The notes under the pieces are model-generated. The model was not told where the DNA came from. It did no database searches and worked only from the letters and a program-made list of their open reading frames with translations. Shown one piece after another: positions 28,658 through 38,302 of a stretch of 64,000 nucleotides of DNA (within the stretch, counting starts at the first letter, position 1; the number at the start of each line of letters is the position of its first letter). Source of the stretch: Patescibacteria group bacterium (GTDB taxonomy: Bacteria > Patescibacteriota > JAQUNI01). The stretch is from positions 7,903-71,902 of the forward strand of contig JAQUNI010000002.1 in assembly GCA_028717685.1 (NCBI GenBank). Direction: 5' to 3'. Both the position numbers and the translations under genes were made by a program.

Positions 28658-29407
28658 ATGATTACAGCCGCTTTAAAGCAATTAGGTCTAGAGGAAAAAG
28701 AAACCAAGGTTTATTTGGCGTCTTTGCGTTTGGGACCCGCGCCGGTGCGTAAGATTGCCCGCGAGGCTGGCGTGAACCGCGGCAGCTGTTATGATCTTTT
28801 GAAACTTTTGATGTCCAAGGGGATGGTGAGCTATTATCATCAGAATAAACATAAATATTTTGTCGCTGAAGATCCGGATCATCTTCAGGAGATAGTGGCG
28901 GAAGAAGAAGAAAGGTTAGAAAAAACCAAAAAACAGATTGAAAAGATTATTCCAGAACTGAAATCAATTTACGACAACGCGGGCGATAAACCAGTGGTGA
29001 AATATTATGAAGGGCTCGTAGGCGTGAAAATAATTTTGAAAGATGTCTTAAATTCTTTTCTGGGAGCGAAGAGGCGCGAATATTATGTCTATTCAGCAGT
29101 GGACATCCGCGATTATCTTTACCAGGCTTATCCTAATTTCACAGCCCAGAGGGTCAGCGAGAAGATTAAGGTCAAGGTGATCGCGATGGGTTCTGGAGGG
29201 CGATTACGCGGTCTGGACGAGCGGCGCTGGCTTTCGCGCCAGAAAAGTTCGCCTACCTATATTTTAATCTACCAGAATAAGATGGCGATGATTTCCCTGG
29301 ACCGCGAAAAGAAGCCGCGGGGGGTGATTATTGAAGACGAGGGAATTTATCGGACAGAGGTGCTTCTTTTTGAGAAGATGTGGGAGTTTTTAAATCATAC
29401 AACCTGA
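28658..29407 (+). CDS. TrmB-family transcriptional regulator
   Basis: N-terminal winged HTH LGLEEKETKVYLASLRLGPAPVRKIAREAGVNRGSCYDLLKLLMSKGMV, typical of TrmB. Confidence 0.7.
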   Translation: MITAALKQLGLEEKETKVYLASLRLGPAPVRKIAREAGVNRGSCYDLLKLLMSKGMVSYYHQNKHKYFVAEDPDHLQEIVAEEEERLEKTKKQIEKIIPELKSIYDNAGDKPVVKYYEGLVGVKIILKDVLNSFLGAKRREYYVYSAVDIRDYLYQAYPNFTAQRVSEKIKVKVIAMGSGGRLRGLDERRWLSRQKSSPTYILIYQNKMAMISLDREKKPRGVIIEDEGIYRTEVLLFEKMWEFLNHTT

Positions 29408-29468
29408 AATCTGAAACATAGAGGGAACGCCTTAATGTTTCAGCCACAGAGTTGCAAATTTCAAATTT

Positions 29469-30476
29469 ATGCCTCAAAAAAAACCAAAAATTGTCTGTTT
29501 AGGCGCTGGCACCGGTCAGGCAACAGTTTTAAGCGGATTAAAAGATTATCAATGTGATTTAACCGGTATTGTGAATGTTACCGATAATGGCGGCTCTTCA
29601 GGGGTTTTGCGGCGGGAGATGAATATTCCCCAACCCGGGGATACGCGTCAGTGTTTACAGGCTGTAGCGGGTTTAGAAGAGGATCTAATGACGAAACTTT
29701 TTGCCTACCGCTTTGAGGAAGGGTCTTTGAAGGGGGGAAGCCTTGGTAATTTTATTTTAGCCGCCTTGACGCGCATTACTGGCGATTTTGGCCAAGGCGT
29801 GGAAATGGCGGCGAGGCTTTTACGAACAGCGGCAAAAATTTATCCGGTAACGAGCGCCAGCGTTGATGTTGGTTGCGAATTGGAAAATGGCAGTAAAATC
29901 CGTGGCGAGTGGGATATTATCTTACGGGCAGACAGGACGCCGATTAAAAAAATGTTTTTAACGAAAAAGGCAGAGGCCTATCCTCCTTGTCTTGAGGCTT
30001 TGCGCCGCGCCGATTTAATTGTCATTGGACCGGGTTCTCTGTTTACGGGTATTATTCCGCATTTTTTAGTCCGCGGCGTCAAAGAGGCAATAATGTCCTC
30101 CAAAGGCAAAAAGGTATATATTTGTAATATGATGAGCCAACCCGGGCAAACCGATGGTTTGAAGGTTTCAGACCATGTGCGGCAAGTGGCGCGTTATTTA
30201 GGGCAAATGCCGGATTATGTCATTGCGAACCGCAACGCAATCGGTCCGCGCATTTTGAAACATTACCGTCAGTTCGGATCCGTGCCCGTGGAGCTTGATC
30301 GCGTTTCTGATGCTAAGATGATTATCCGCTCCCTAGCTCAAAATGAAGTTGGCGAGGCGGTACATTTAGACAAGCGCGCTGGGAAAAGATTCCGTGAATG
30401 GAGCGAGTGGACGCATCTTTTAAGGCACGATGCGAAAAAACTCGCGAAAATTTTAATGGATCTAGCAAAAGAATAG
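29469..30476 (+). CDS. YvcK/CofD-family protein (gluconeogenesis factor / 2-phospho-L-lactate transferase-like, UPF0052)
   Basis: Motifs KIVCLGAGTGQATVLSGLK and VNVTDNGGSSGVLRREM. Confidence 0.75.
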   Translation: MPQKKPKIVCLGAGTGQATVLSGLKDYQCDLTGIVNVTDNGGSSGVLRREMNIPQPGDTRQCLQAVAGLEEDLMTKLFAYRFEEGSLKGGSLGNFILAALTRITGDFGQGVEMAARLLRTAAKIYPVTSASVDVGCELENGSKIRGEWDIILRADRTPIKKMFLTKKAEAYPPCLEALRRADLIVIGPGSLFTGIIPHFLVRGVKEAIMSSKGKKVYICNMMSQPGQTDGLKVSDHVRQVARYLGQMPDYVIANRNAIGPRILKHYRQFGSVPVELDRVSDAKMIIRSLAQNEVGEAVHLDKRAGKRFREWSEWTHLLRHDAKKLAKILMDLAKE

Positions 30477-30522
30477 TCTTTTGGTTTATTATTACATTGT
30501 TAAAAATTAGATGTTTTAGTTT

Positions 30523-32346
30523 ATGAAAATCAAAGCCGTCATTTTAGCTGCTGGCGAGGGTAGCCGGCTCTATCCTTTTTCAACGCGCGAGAATCCTAAA
30601 ATTTTGATGCGTTTTTGCGGTAAGCCTTTGCTTTTGCACCATATTGCCGAATTTTTAGAGCACAAGATAGAGGACTTGGTTATAGTTTGCAACCCTCAAA
30701 ATAGAGATTTAGTTCAAGGGATTGTGGCTGGCGCTTACCCTAGATTAAAGGTTGCTTTCGTGGTGCAGAAAGAGCTTTCGGGACCCAGCCGCGCCATTTA
30801 TGAGGCGAGAAAAGAGCTTCAAGGCGCGGATTTTTTTGTGCTGAAATATGCCGATAGTTTTAGCCCTGTTTCCCCCTTGCCTTTACTCTTGAAATGTTTA
30901 AAGGAAAATCCCAAAGACGGCGCTATTTTATTGTTTCAGGTGAAAGATTTTAAACGTTTCGGCATCGCGCGATTTGTTAGCGGAAAATTGGTGGAGATTG
31001 TGGAAAAACCGCATAAAAATCCTCCCTCTAATCTCGCTTGGCGGGGAATGTCAATTTTGAGTTGCGATAAGTTTTTGCAGGGTTTTGAAAAAGAAGTTAT
31101 ACGCCGAGGCGCGTCCGAGGTCGCGCCGCCAGAGTATGTTTTAAGGGTAAAAGGTGAATTGAATTATCAAATAATAAATGGCGAGATTTTTGATTTGGGC
31201 TATCCTTGGGATATTTTAACTTTTAATCGTTTGTTGCTGGATAAATTTGGCGGTCATGTTTTAAGCAAAAAGATAGGTAAAAATGTTCGGATTTCTTCCA
31301 AAAGCTACATTGGTCCCAAAGCAATCCTTGGGGATGGCGTAAAAATAGGGGAATATGTTTCCCTGGAAGAGGCTTATGTGGCGCGTGACACGGAAATTCG
31401 CGATAGTTATGTGATGCCCCGAGCGCGTATTGGAGAGGCTTGCCAGATTCAAAAAAGCGTCATTGGAGGAGAGGTTAATGTTGGTTCTCACTTTAAAACT
31501 AAAATTAAATCAAAAGGGAAGGTGAAGGTTTTTGCCAAAGGGGATTATAAAGAGACTTCTTTCAGCACTTTAGGTTGCTTTCTGGGACCTCGAGTTAAAG
31601 TCCAAAATGAAATCTCCTCTGAAGCGGGGCGGATTGTTTATCCTGATAGAGAGGTGAACAAAAATATTGTTCAGGATATTTTGCCTATCCGCGCCATATT
31701 TTTTGACGCGGATAATACGCTTTATCAAAGCAGGGACGCGGCTCAAGCCGCTGATCTGGCGGCAATGGCTTATCTAGCCGGAGGGGCAAAATATGAATCC
31801 AAAGAGCTTTACAATATTTGGAGAAATAAAATAGTCGTTTCTCTTAAAGAAAGCAAGTCGCCAGTGATGCGCCACCGCCAATATTCTTACCAAAGGTTGA
31901 TTGATAAGTTGAAACTTCGGCATCGCGCGAGACGGGCTTTTTTGATCTTTCGCGAGGGATTAGTGAAGAAATTAAGAATCGCGCCTCACCTAAAAACTGT
32001 TTTGGAGCGGCTCAAGGATTATAAAAAGATAGTGGTGAGCGAGGACAACCAAGATTTAATCCAATTTAAGCTTAAAAAATTGGACCTTGAAGGATATTTT
32101 GACTTAGTGATTGCCGCTGAAACCATCGGCGCGATGAAGCCCGATAAGAGATATTTTGATTATGCGTTAAAAAGGCTCAAACTTTGGCCGGGAGAGTGCG
32201 TGATGATCGGGGATGACTGGGAAAAAGATTTAGAGATAGCTTGTAAATTAGGTTTAAGAACGATTAAATGGGGTGATGAGGATAAGAGGGCGCACAGGAA
32301 TATGAAGGATTTTAGAACACTTTTGGAAATATTAAGGATTATTTAA
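30523..32346 (+). CDS. Sugar-phosphate nucleotidyltransferase + left-handed beta-helix + C-terminal HAD-family hydrolase fusion protein
   Basis: N-terminus KAVILAAGEGSRLYPFS (NTP-transferase G-loop). Hexapeptide-like repeats around aa 250-320. HAD motif I FFDADNTLY and motif IV MIGDDWEKDL. Confidence 0.75.
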   Translation: MKIKAVILAAGEGSRLYPFSTRENPKILMRFCGKPLLLHHIAEFLEHKIEDLVIVCNPQNRDLVQGIVAGAYPRLKVAFVVQKELSGPSRAIYEARKELQGADFFVLKYADSFSPVSPLPLLLKCLKENPKDGAILLFQVKDFKRFGIARFVSGKLVEIVEKPHKNPPSNLAWRGMSILSCDKFLQGFEKEVIRRGASEVAPPEYVLRVKGELNYQIINGEIFDLGYPWDILTFNRLLLDKFGGHVLSKKIGKNVRISSKSYIGPKAILGDGVKIGEYVSLEEAYVARDTEIRDSYVMPRARIGEACQIQKSVIGGEVNVGSHFKTKIKSKGKVKVFAKGDYKETSFSTLGCFLGPRVKVQNEISSEAGRIVYPDREVNKNIVQDILPIRAIFFDADNTLYQSRDAAQAADLAAMAYLAGGAKYESKELYNIWRNKIVVSLKESKSPVMRHRQYSYQRLIDKLKLRHRARRAFLIFREGLVKKLRIAPHLKTVLERLKDYKKIVVSEDNQDLIQFKLKKLDLEGYFDLVIAAETIGAMKPDKRYFDYALKRLKLWPGECVMIGDDWEKDLEIACKLGLRTIKWGDEDKRAHRNMKDFRTLLEILRII

Positions 32347-32474
32347 AAATTTATAATTTCTAATTTTAAATTTTCATTAAATTTTCAATGATATAATTTC
32401 TAAACGGGGTTTGAAAATTAATTCATTGATAATTTAATAGAAATTAGGAATTGAAAATTGCAAATTTTTTGGCT

Positions 32475-33116
32475 ATGAAAATTATTACTATTAACATCAG
32501 AAATCCAAATCCTGAAATTGTCAAAGAGGTGGCAGAAGTGATTAGGGCTGGTGGCGCGGTGGCTTTCCCTACTGACACTGCTTATGGCATCGCCGTAAAT
32601 GCTTTGGATTATAAGGCTTTGGCGCGTTTGGACCGGATCAAAGGCAGGCAAGACCAGAAACCTTACCCCATAGCGGTTTTAAATTGTGAGGAAGCGGAAA
32701 GATATGCTATATTTAACAAACAAGCAAAAATTTTAGCCCGTCATTTTTGGCCTGGGGCGCTGACTCTGATTTTAAAGCGCAAGGAAGGCGCAGAGATTTT
32801 AGACCCTCATTTAGAAACCATCGGGGTGCGCGTTCCGGATTCAAAATTATGCAACGCGCTGTCAAAAGTTTTAGGTTTTCCTTATACTATTACGAGCGCG
32901 AATATTTCCGGTATGCCCACGGCATACACAGTCCGAGAAATAGCAGAGCAGTTTTTGAGCGCGAAGTATAAACCGGATTTGATTTTGGACGGCGGAGAGC
33001 TTGTGGAAAACAAAATTTCAACCGTGGTGGACTTGTCCCATGGGAAAGCGAAGATTTTGAGGGAAGGGGAAATAGAGGCGGAGATAATTGAGCGAGTTGT
33101 AAATGAAAATTTCTAA
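32475..33116 (+). CDS. tsaC: L-threonylcarbamoyladenylate synthase (YrdC/Sua5 family)
   Basis: Motifs VAFPTDTAYGIAVNA and ALTLIL...GVRVP. Start chosen at the second Met. Confidence 0.8.
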   Translation: MKIITINIRNPNPEIVKEVAEVIRAGGAVAFPTDTAYGIAVNALDYKALARLDRIKGRQDQKPYPIAVLNCEEAERYAIFNKQAKILARHFWPGALTLILKRKEGAEILDPHLETIGVRVPDSKLCNALSKVLGFPYTITSANISGMPTAYTVREIAEQFLSAKYKPDLILDGGELVENKISTVVDLSHGKAKILREGEIEAEIIERVVNENF

Positions 33117-33274
33117 TTTCTAATTTTCAATTTTCATTAAATTTCCAATTTTAAAATTTTCAAACATGTTGTAAAAAATAAAAGTTCAAAAATTATTTCG
33201 TTAGAAATCTAATAAAGAGCTAAAATTTTCGTGCCTTTAGGGTGGACGAACCTAGGGCGAAAAATTATAAATTT

Positions 33275-34519
33275 ATGTTCAATATATTAAAAGAAAAAGA
33301 TCCAGAAGTTTACAAAGCTATTTTCAATGAGCAAAAACGCCAAAAAGAAGGTTTGGAATTAATCGCTTCAGAGAATTATGTTTCGCGCGCGGTTCTTGCG
33401 GCAATGGGTTCGGTTTTGACGAATAAATATTCGGAAGGTTATCCAGGCAAGCGCTATTATGGCGGCAACAAATTTATTGATCAGGCGGAGAACTTGGCTG
33501 TGAAGCGCGCGAAAAAACTTTTTGGCGCGGAGCACGTGAATGTTCAGCCCTACTCGGGATCCCCTGCCAACATAGAAGTTTATTTCGCATTTGTGCCTTT
33601 TGGCGGCAAGATTATGGGAATGAGCTTAGCCCATGGCGGACATTTAACCCATGGGCATAAGGTTAATTTTTCAGGGAAAGCTTATCAGGTAGTGTCTTAC
33701 GGCGTGGAAAAAAATGGCCGCATTTCTTACGCCAAGGTGCGGGCGTTGGCGAAAGCCGAGAAACCTAATTTAATCATCTCGGGTTATACCGCTTATCCCC
33801 GCAAGGTTGATTTTAAAAAGTTTAAAGAAATCGCGGACGAGGTGGGGGCGATTTCTATGGCGGATATTTCCCATATCGCCGGTTTAATCGCCGCGGGATT
33901 GCACGAAAATCCAGTGCCTTATTTTGACGTGGTTACGACGACCACCCACAAAACTCTGCGCGGTCCGCGCGGCGCGATGATTATGTGCAAAAGAAAATGG
34001 GCGGAAATTGTGGATCGGGCGGTCTTTCCGGGAATGCAGGGCGGGCCGCATAATCATATTAACGCCGCTAAGGCTGTGGCTTTTGGTGAAGCATTAAAGC
34101 CCGAATTCAAGGTTTATTGCCGCCAGATTATTAAGAATGCCAAAGCTTTAGCCGCTGCCTTAATGAAGCTTAGATTCACGGTCGTTTCCGGCGGCACGGA
34201 TAATCATCTGATGCTCGTTGATTTGACCAATAAAAAAGTAACAGGTAAAGAGGCGGAGCATATTTTAGAAGAAGCGGGGATTACATTAAACAAAAATATG
34301 GTGCCTTATGATCCCCGTTCGCCTTTTGACCCTTCGGGAGTGCGGATTGGCACGCCGGCAATAACGAGCCGCGGGATGAAGGAGCCCGAGATGCAAAAAA
34401 TCGCCCTTTGGATTGACCGGGCGATTCGGGCAAAAAATAGAGCGGCGGAGCTTCTCAAAATTCAGAGAGAGATCAAAGAATTTTGTCAGGATTTTTCCGT
34501 GCCGGGGATAGATGAATAA
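33275..34519 (+). CDS. glyA: Serine hydroxymethyltransferase
   Basis: Motifs [38 protein letters not shown] and [13 protein letters not shown] (PLP lysine). Confidence 0.92.
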   Translation: MFNILKEKDPEVYKAIFNEQKRQKEGLELIASENYVSRAVLAAMGSVLTNKYSEGYPGKRYYGGNKFIDQAENLAVKRAKKLFGAEHVNVQPYSGSPANIEVYFAFVPFGGKIMGMSLAHGGHLTHGHKVNFSGKAYQVVSYGVEKNGRISYAKVRALAKAEKPNLIISGYTAYPRKVDFKKFKEIADEVGAISMADISHIAGLIAAGLHENPVPYFDVVTTTTHKTLRGPRGAMIMCKRKWAEIVDRAVFPGMQGGPHNHINAAKAVAFGEALKPEFKVYCRQIIKNAKALAAALMKLRFTVVSGGTDNHLMLVDLTNKKVTGKEAEHILEEAGITLNKNMVPYDPRSPFDPSGVRIGTPAITSRGMKEPEMQKIALWIDRAIRAKNRAAELLKIQREIKEFCQDFSVPGIDE

Positions 34520-34603
34520 TATTGAATCAGGAGTCATCAAGCACGGAATATTTATTAGTTCCATGGGGATTTGTTGTGATATCGATTTGAAGGAGGGGAG
34601 AAA

Positions 34604-35266
34604 ATGAGGAGACCTAAAAGTATTCGTGATTGGCAAGCAATGTTCTTTGCTATATATGGAGAAAGGAATAGAGAGCTTTATTCTGTTCCCGAGATTCTGA
34701 ACCACGTTTTTGAAGCAATGGCGGAGCTAGTAGAAGAGTTGCGCAAGGAGAATAGAGATGGAATTATTGCTAAGATTCCTGATCTTTTCGCCTGGATATT
34801 GGGTTTGGGCAGTATTTTAGAGATTGATCTGGAAGAGGCGGTATGGCATAAATATCCCAATATTTGTCCTTATTGCTTGCAGAAAAAAAATTGTATCTGC
34901 ATTTCTCGCCAACTTAAATATCGCCCCAATATCAAGAAATTGGAGACCTATCGGATCAGGGTCAATAATATACCATCCACGCTATATGGCTGGCAGAAAA
35001 TGTTTGATAGAATTTACGGGGGTGTGAATACGATCAAATCTCAACTCCAGTTGTGGCTTCATTTATTTGAAGAACTTGGTGAAATTAGCAAGGCATTGCA
35101 TCAACGCAAAGGTGGTAATTTAGAAGCAGAACTCGCTGACACTTTGGCTTGGCTTTTCGCGGTATGCACGAAACTTCGGATCTCTCTTTCCGAACTTGCT
35201 TGGGAGATCTATCCGGGAAAATGCAGGGTATGTCTTCAAGGACAATGCCAATGCCCGAAAGATTAG
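34604..35266 (+). CDS. Tandem MazG-like (all-alpha NTP pyrophosphohydrolase) domain protein with CxxC pairs
   Basis: Two repeats of W-Q-xF-xIYG ... EExGE...A...E(L/A)AD(T/L)xAW(L/I). Each is followed by a CxxC...C motif. Confidence 0.55.
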   Translation: MRRPKSIRDWQAMFFAIYGERNRELYSVPEILNHVFEAMAELVEELRKENRDGIIAKIPDLFAWILGLGSILEIDLEEAVWHKYPNICPYCLQKKNCICISRQLKYRPNIKKLETYRIRVNNIPSTLYGWQKMFDRIYGGVNTIKSQLQLWLHLFEELGEISKALHQRKGGNLEAELADTLAWLFAVCTKLRISLSELAWEIYPGKCRVCLQGQCQCPKD

Positions 35267-35516
35267 TTTATATGGGTCTTAATACAAGACCCATTTTAAT
35301 TTTTAGGTGAATTTTGGCTGGTGGAGAGAGACAGTCTATTATTAATAAACAAAAAATCCGCCTTGGGCGCGGGTTTTTGGATTACAGATTTTTTTGAAGT
35401 TCGTTTTATGCAAGGAATAGCGACAGGGAAGACATTTTTGCGTTTACTATTCATAATGTCTTCCCTGTGTTCCAGAATAGAGAAAAACCCTTAAGATAGG
35501 TAGGTGAATATTTCGT

Positions 35517-35636
35517 GCTATCTTATCAGGGCACAACTGGTCTCAACCTGGAAATGTTCGGCTTCGTCTATCAGTGTCAGTGCTTCAGAAACTACTAATG
35601 CAGTGGAGCCGCGAACGCGGCATAGAAGAATGAACA
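35517..35636 (-). CDS. Candidate small protein (39 aa, MFILLCRVRGSTALVVSEALTLIDEAEHFQVETSCALIR)
   Basis: Perfect AGGAGG Shine-Dalgarno 8 nt upstream of the ATG (forward cctcct at 35645-35650). Lies in a 1.2-kb region with no other gene. Confidence 0.35.
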
Positions 35637-36079
35637 TAATACTACCTCCTGTGTGATAATTTGAAAACAAGGAGATTACTTCATTTCATTTTTAGCCTAT
35701 TTCTTTTTGATGATGAAGTCAAGAAAATAATTGTGGATAAGTAGAGACGTAAGATTTTTCCGTCTCTATATTTATAAAAAATAAAAAAGCTGCTTTTTAA
35801 GCAGTAAAACGATTCTTTAAAGAATGCATTTTTCTCCCCTTAAGATTTGTTAACGTTTTGAAATAAATTTCTCCGCTACCTTTCTTTTGCGCTTTAAACA
35901 GGGGACATCAGGACGATAATAAATCCAAGAAAGTAATTTAATAGATTCTTTTTTGGCAAATTTTAATTCCCACATATTGGTTGTCTGGTATGGTTTTCTT
36001 GTTTTTCTTTCCCATGTGTGGCCTTTGATGACGAGCAGGCAATTTTGGTTTGGGTATAATGCGGCGCAGAAAGTCAATG

Positions 36080-36165
36080 TGGGGATGGAGGGATTTGAAC
36101 CCTCACGGACTTTATGGTCCAGAGGTTTTTGAGACCTCTTTGTCTACCAGTTCCAACACATCCCC
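36080..36165 (-). tRNA. tRNA-Leu (anticodon CAA), class II with a long variable arm
   Basis: Reverse complement reads GGGGATG tGTTGGAAcTGGTAGACaaag AGGTCTCAAAAACCT ctggaccataaagtccgt GAGGGTTCAAATCCCTC CATCCCC A. It has a 7-bp acceptor stem, a GTTCAAATC T-loop and a CTCAAAA anticodon loop. No encoded CCA. Confidence 0.8.
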
Positions 36166-36483
36166 TGAAGATATTATTTTTTTACTAAGAAACATTTTAA
36201 ATATAAGAAAAATTGGGGTTTTTGTCAATTTTGTTTTTTTATGATAAAATAATAAAAGATTGACCCCGTTAGAAACATACCCCGCCCCGTTAGAAAATTT
36301 TTTCTAACGGGGCCCGCAGCTAGGCTAGCGGTTAGTGTAGAAATATAGATGACTCGTGCGGTTGGGTTTCATGCCCCGCACGAGTTTCTAACAGGGTTGA
36401 CTTCTCCTCTCGTAAAGGAAGATGAGAGAGGTTATTTGTTAATATTTAAACCCTCCCTTTAGAGGCGAGGGACTAAAATAGAA

Positions 36484-37251
36484 ATGTCTCAAATCATTTC
36501 TTTTGTGAATCAAAAGGGCGGCGTAGGGAAGACAACGAGCGCCGTGAATATCGCTTCTTACTTAGCCTATTTTGGCAAAAAGGTTTTATTGATTGATTTA
36601 GACCCCCAAGGCAATGCTACTTCGGGCTTAGGAATCGCGAAAGAAAAACTGGCGAAGAATGTTTATGATGTGCTTTGCGGCAGGGTGAATCTAAAAGAAA
36701 TTCTATACCAAGGATTGCAACCCACCTTGCATATCGCGCCAGCTTCGCCGGATTTGGCCGGCGCGGCTGTAGAATTGGTCAGCTTGCCCGACCGAGAATT
36801 TTTATTGAAAAAAGTTTTAACCCCGCTTAAAGGGGATTATGATTATGTGATGATTGACTCGCCGCCTTCTTTGGGAATTTTGACCGTGAACGCGCTTACG
36901 GCGGCGGACAGCGTTGTTATTCCCGTGCAGTGCGAGTATTATGCCCTAGAAGGACTTTCTCAACTTTTATACACCATTGATTTAGTGCAGAAAAATTTGA
37001 ATCCCGGTTTGAATATTTTGGGAGTGGTGCTTACGATGCGGGATAAAAAAACACGCATTGCCAATGACGTGGTGCGCGAGGTGCAAAGAAATTTTCCCGG
37101 CAAAGTATTTGAAACAATTGTCCCGAGAAACGTGCGGCTGGCTGAAGCGCCGAGCTTTGGTCAGGCAATTTTAAACTATGAACCTCTCTGCAAGGGCGCG
37201 CGAGCATACAAACATCTGGCACAAGAGATAATTAGTTTGAATAATGAATAA
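36484..37251 (+). CDS. parA: ParA/Soj chromosome partitioning ATPase
   Basis: Deviant Walker A KGGVGKTT. Confidence 0.9.
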   Translation: MSQIISFVNQKGGVGKTTSAVNIASYLAYFGKKVLLIDLDPQGNATSGLGIAKEKLAKNVYDVLCGRVNLKEILYQGLQPTLHIAPASPDLAGAAVELVSLPDREFLLKKVLTPLKGDYDYVMIDSPPSLGILTVNALTAADSVVIPVQCEYYALEGLSQLLYTIDLVQKNLNPGLNILGVVLTMRDKKTRIANDVVREVQRNFPGKVFETIVPRNVRLAEAPSFGQAILNYEPLCKGARAYKHLAQEIISLNNE

Positions 37252-37325
37252 TGAATCAGGAATAATGAATCATGAATCAGGAATAGTTCCTGATTCCCCA
37301 TTCCTAATTCCTGATTCCTTTCAAT

Positions 37326-38171
37326 ATGCCTCACATTGGTTTGGGCAAGGGATTGTCCGCCTTAATTCCTAATCTGCCTATAAATGAAAAGTCCCAGAAT
37401 GTAGATACGGAAATCGGGATAGACGAGGTTTTGATTTCGGAAATTAAGCCCAACCCGAATCAGCCGCGCAAGGAGATTGACCAAGAGAAACTTTTGGAGC
37501 TCGCAAGTTCTATTAAAGCCCACGGCATCCTGCAGCCTTTGATTATTAATGGGAACTATGAACTCATCGCAGGACAGCGGCGTCTGGAAGCGGCGCGCCT
37601 TGCGGGATTAAAGAGGGTGCCAGTAGCGATCCGTACGGGCAAAGAAAGCGATAACCTAGAGATGAGTATTATTGAAAATGTGCAGCGCGAAGATTTAAAC
37701 CCCATTGAAGAAGCGGAAGGTTATCAGTCTTTGATTCAGAAATTCGGTTTAACCCAGAACGAGGTTGCGAAAAGAGTGGGGAAGAATAGAAGCACGATTA
37801 CGAATATTCTGCGGCTTTTGGATTTACCTATAGAAATTCAGAAAGGAATCAGAGAGGAAAAAATTTCGGAAGGTCACGCCAAACTTATTTTAAGTCTTGC
37901 TAATCCCGAGAAACAACTAGGGCTGTATAAAAAGATTGTTCAAGATAGTTTGTCCGTACACAAAACCGAAGAGATTTTAAGAAAAGTGATGGTGAAAAAG
38001 CATCTGCGCGAGATTAAAGCCAAAGACCAGAGCTTGGTGGAAGCGGAAGAGCTTTTGCAAGAGGCTTTGGGCACGCGGGTTAAAGTTTCCCGCGACGGCA
38101 GAGTGGGAAGGATCACCATTGAATTTTATTCCGAGGAGGAATTGGAGGGGATTCTTGACAAAGTAAAGTAA
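37326..38171 (+). CDS. parB: ParB/Spo0J partition protein
   Basis: ParB box motifs GLGKGLSALIP and IAGQRRLEAARLAGLKRVPV. Confidence 0.9.
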   Translation: MPHIGLGKGLSALIPNLPINEKSQNVDTEIGIDEVLISEIKPNPNQPRKEIDQEKLLELASSIKAHGILQPLIINGNYELIAGQRRLEAARLAGLKRVPVAIRTGKESDNLEMSIIENVQREDLNPIEEAEGYQSLIQKFGLTQNEVAKRVGKNRSTITNILRLLDLPIEIQKGIREEKISEGHAKLILSLANPEKQLGLYKKIVQDSLSVHKTEEILRKVMVKKHLREIKAKDQSLVEAEELLQEALGTRVKVSRDGRVGRITIEFYSEEELEGILDKVK

Positions 38172-38302
38172 TTCATAGGAAATTAGAGAGTCAATGAAGA
38201 TCCTCTAAATGAGGATTTTCTTTGTATATCTTGAAAACTATTGGTTTGAATTTGAGTTGGTTCATTATTAAACTTAACAATAGTAGGTAGGAGGGATGAC
38301 GA

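Noticed and set aside
35850-36077. 75-aa minus-strand ORF next to the tRNA
   Set aside because: It abuts the tRNA-Leu 3' end, has no RBS, and has a basic low-complexity C-terminus. It is likely a chance ORF in AT-rich DNA.
37240-37325. Possible parS site between parA and parB
   Set aside because: The spacer consists of gaatcaggaat repeats and an inverted repeat. Nothing resembles the tGTTtCAcGTGAAAcA parS consensus.
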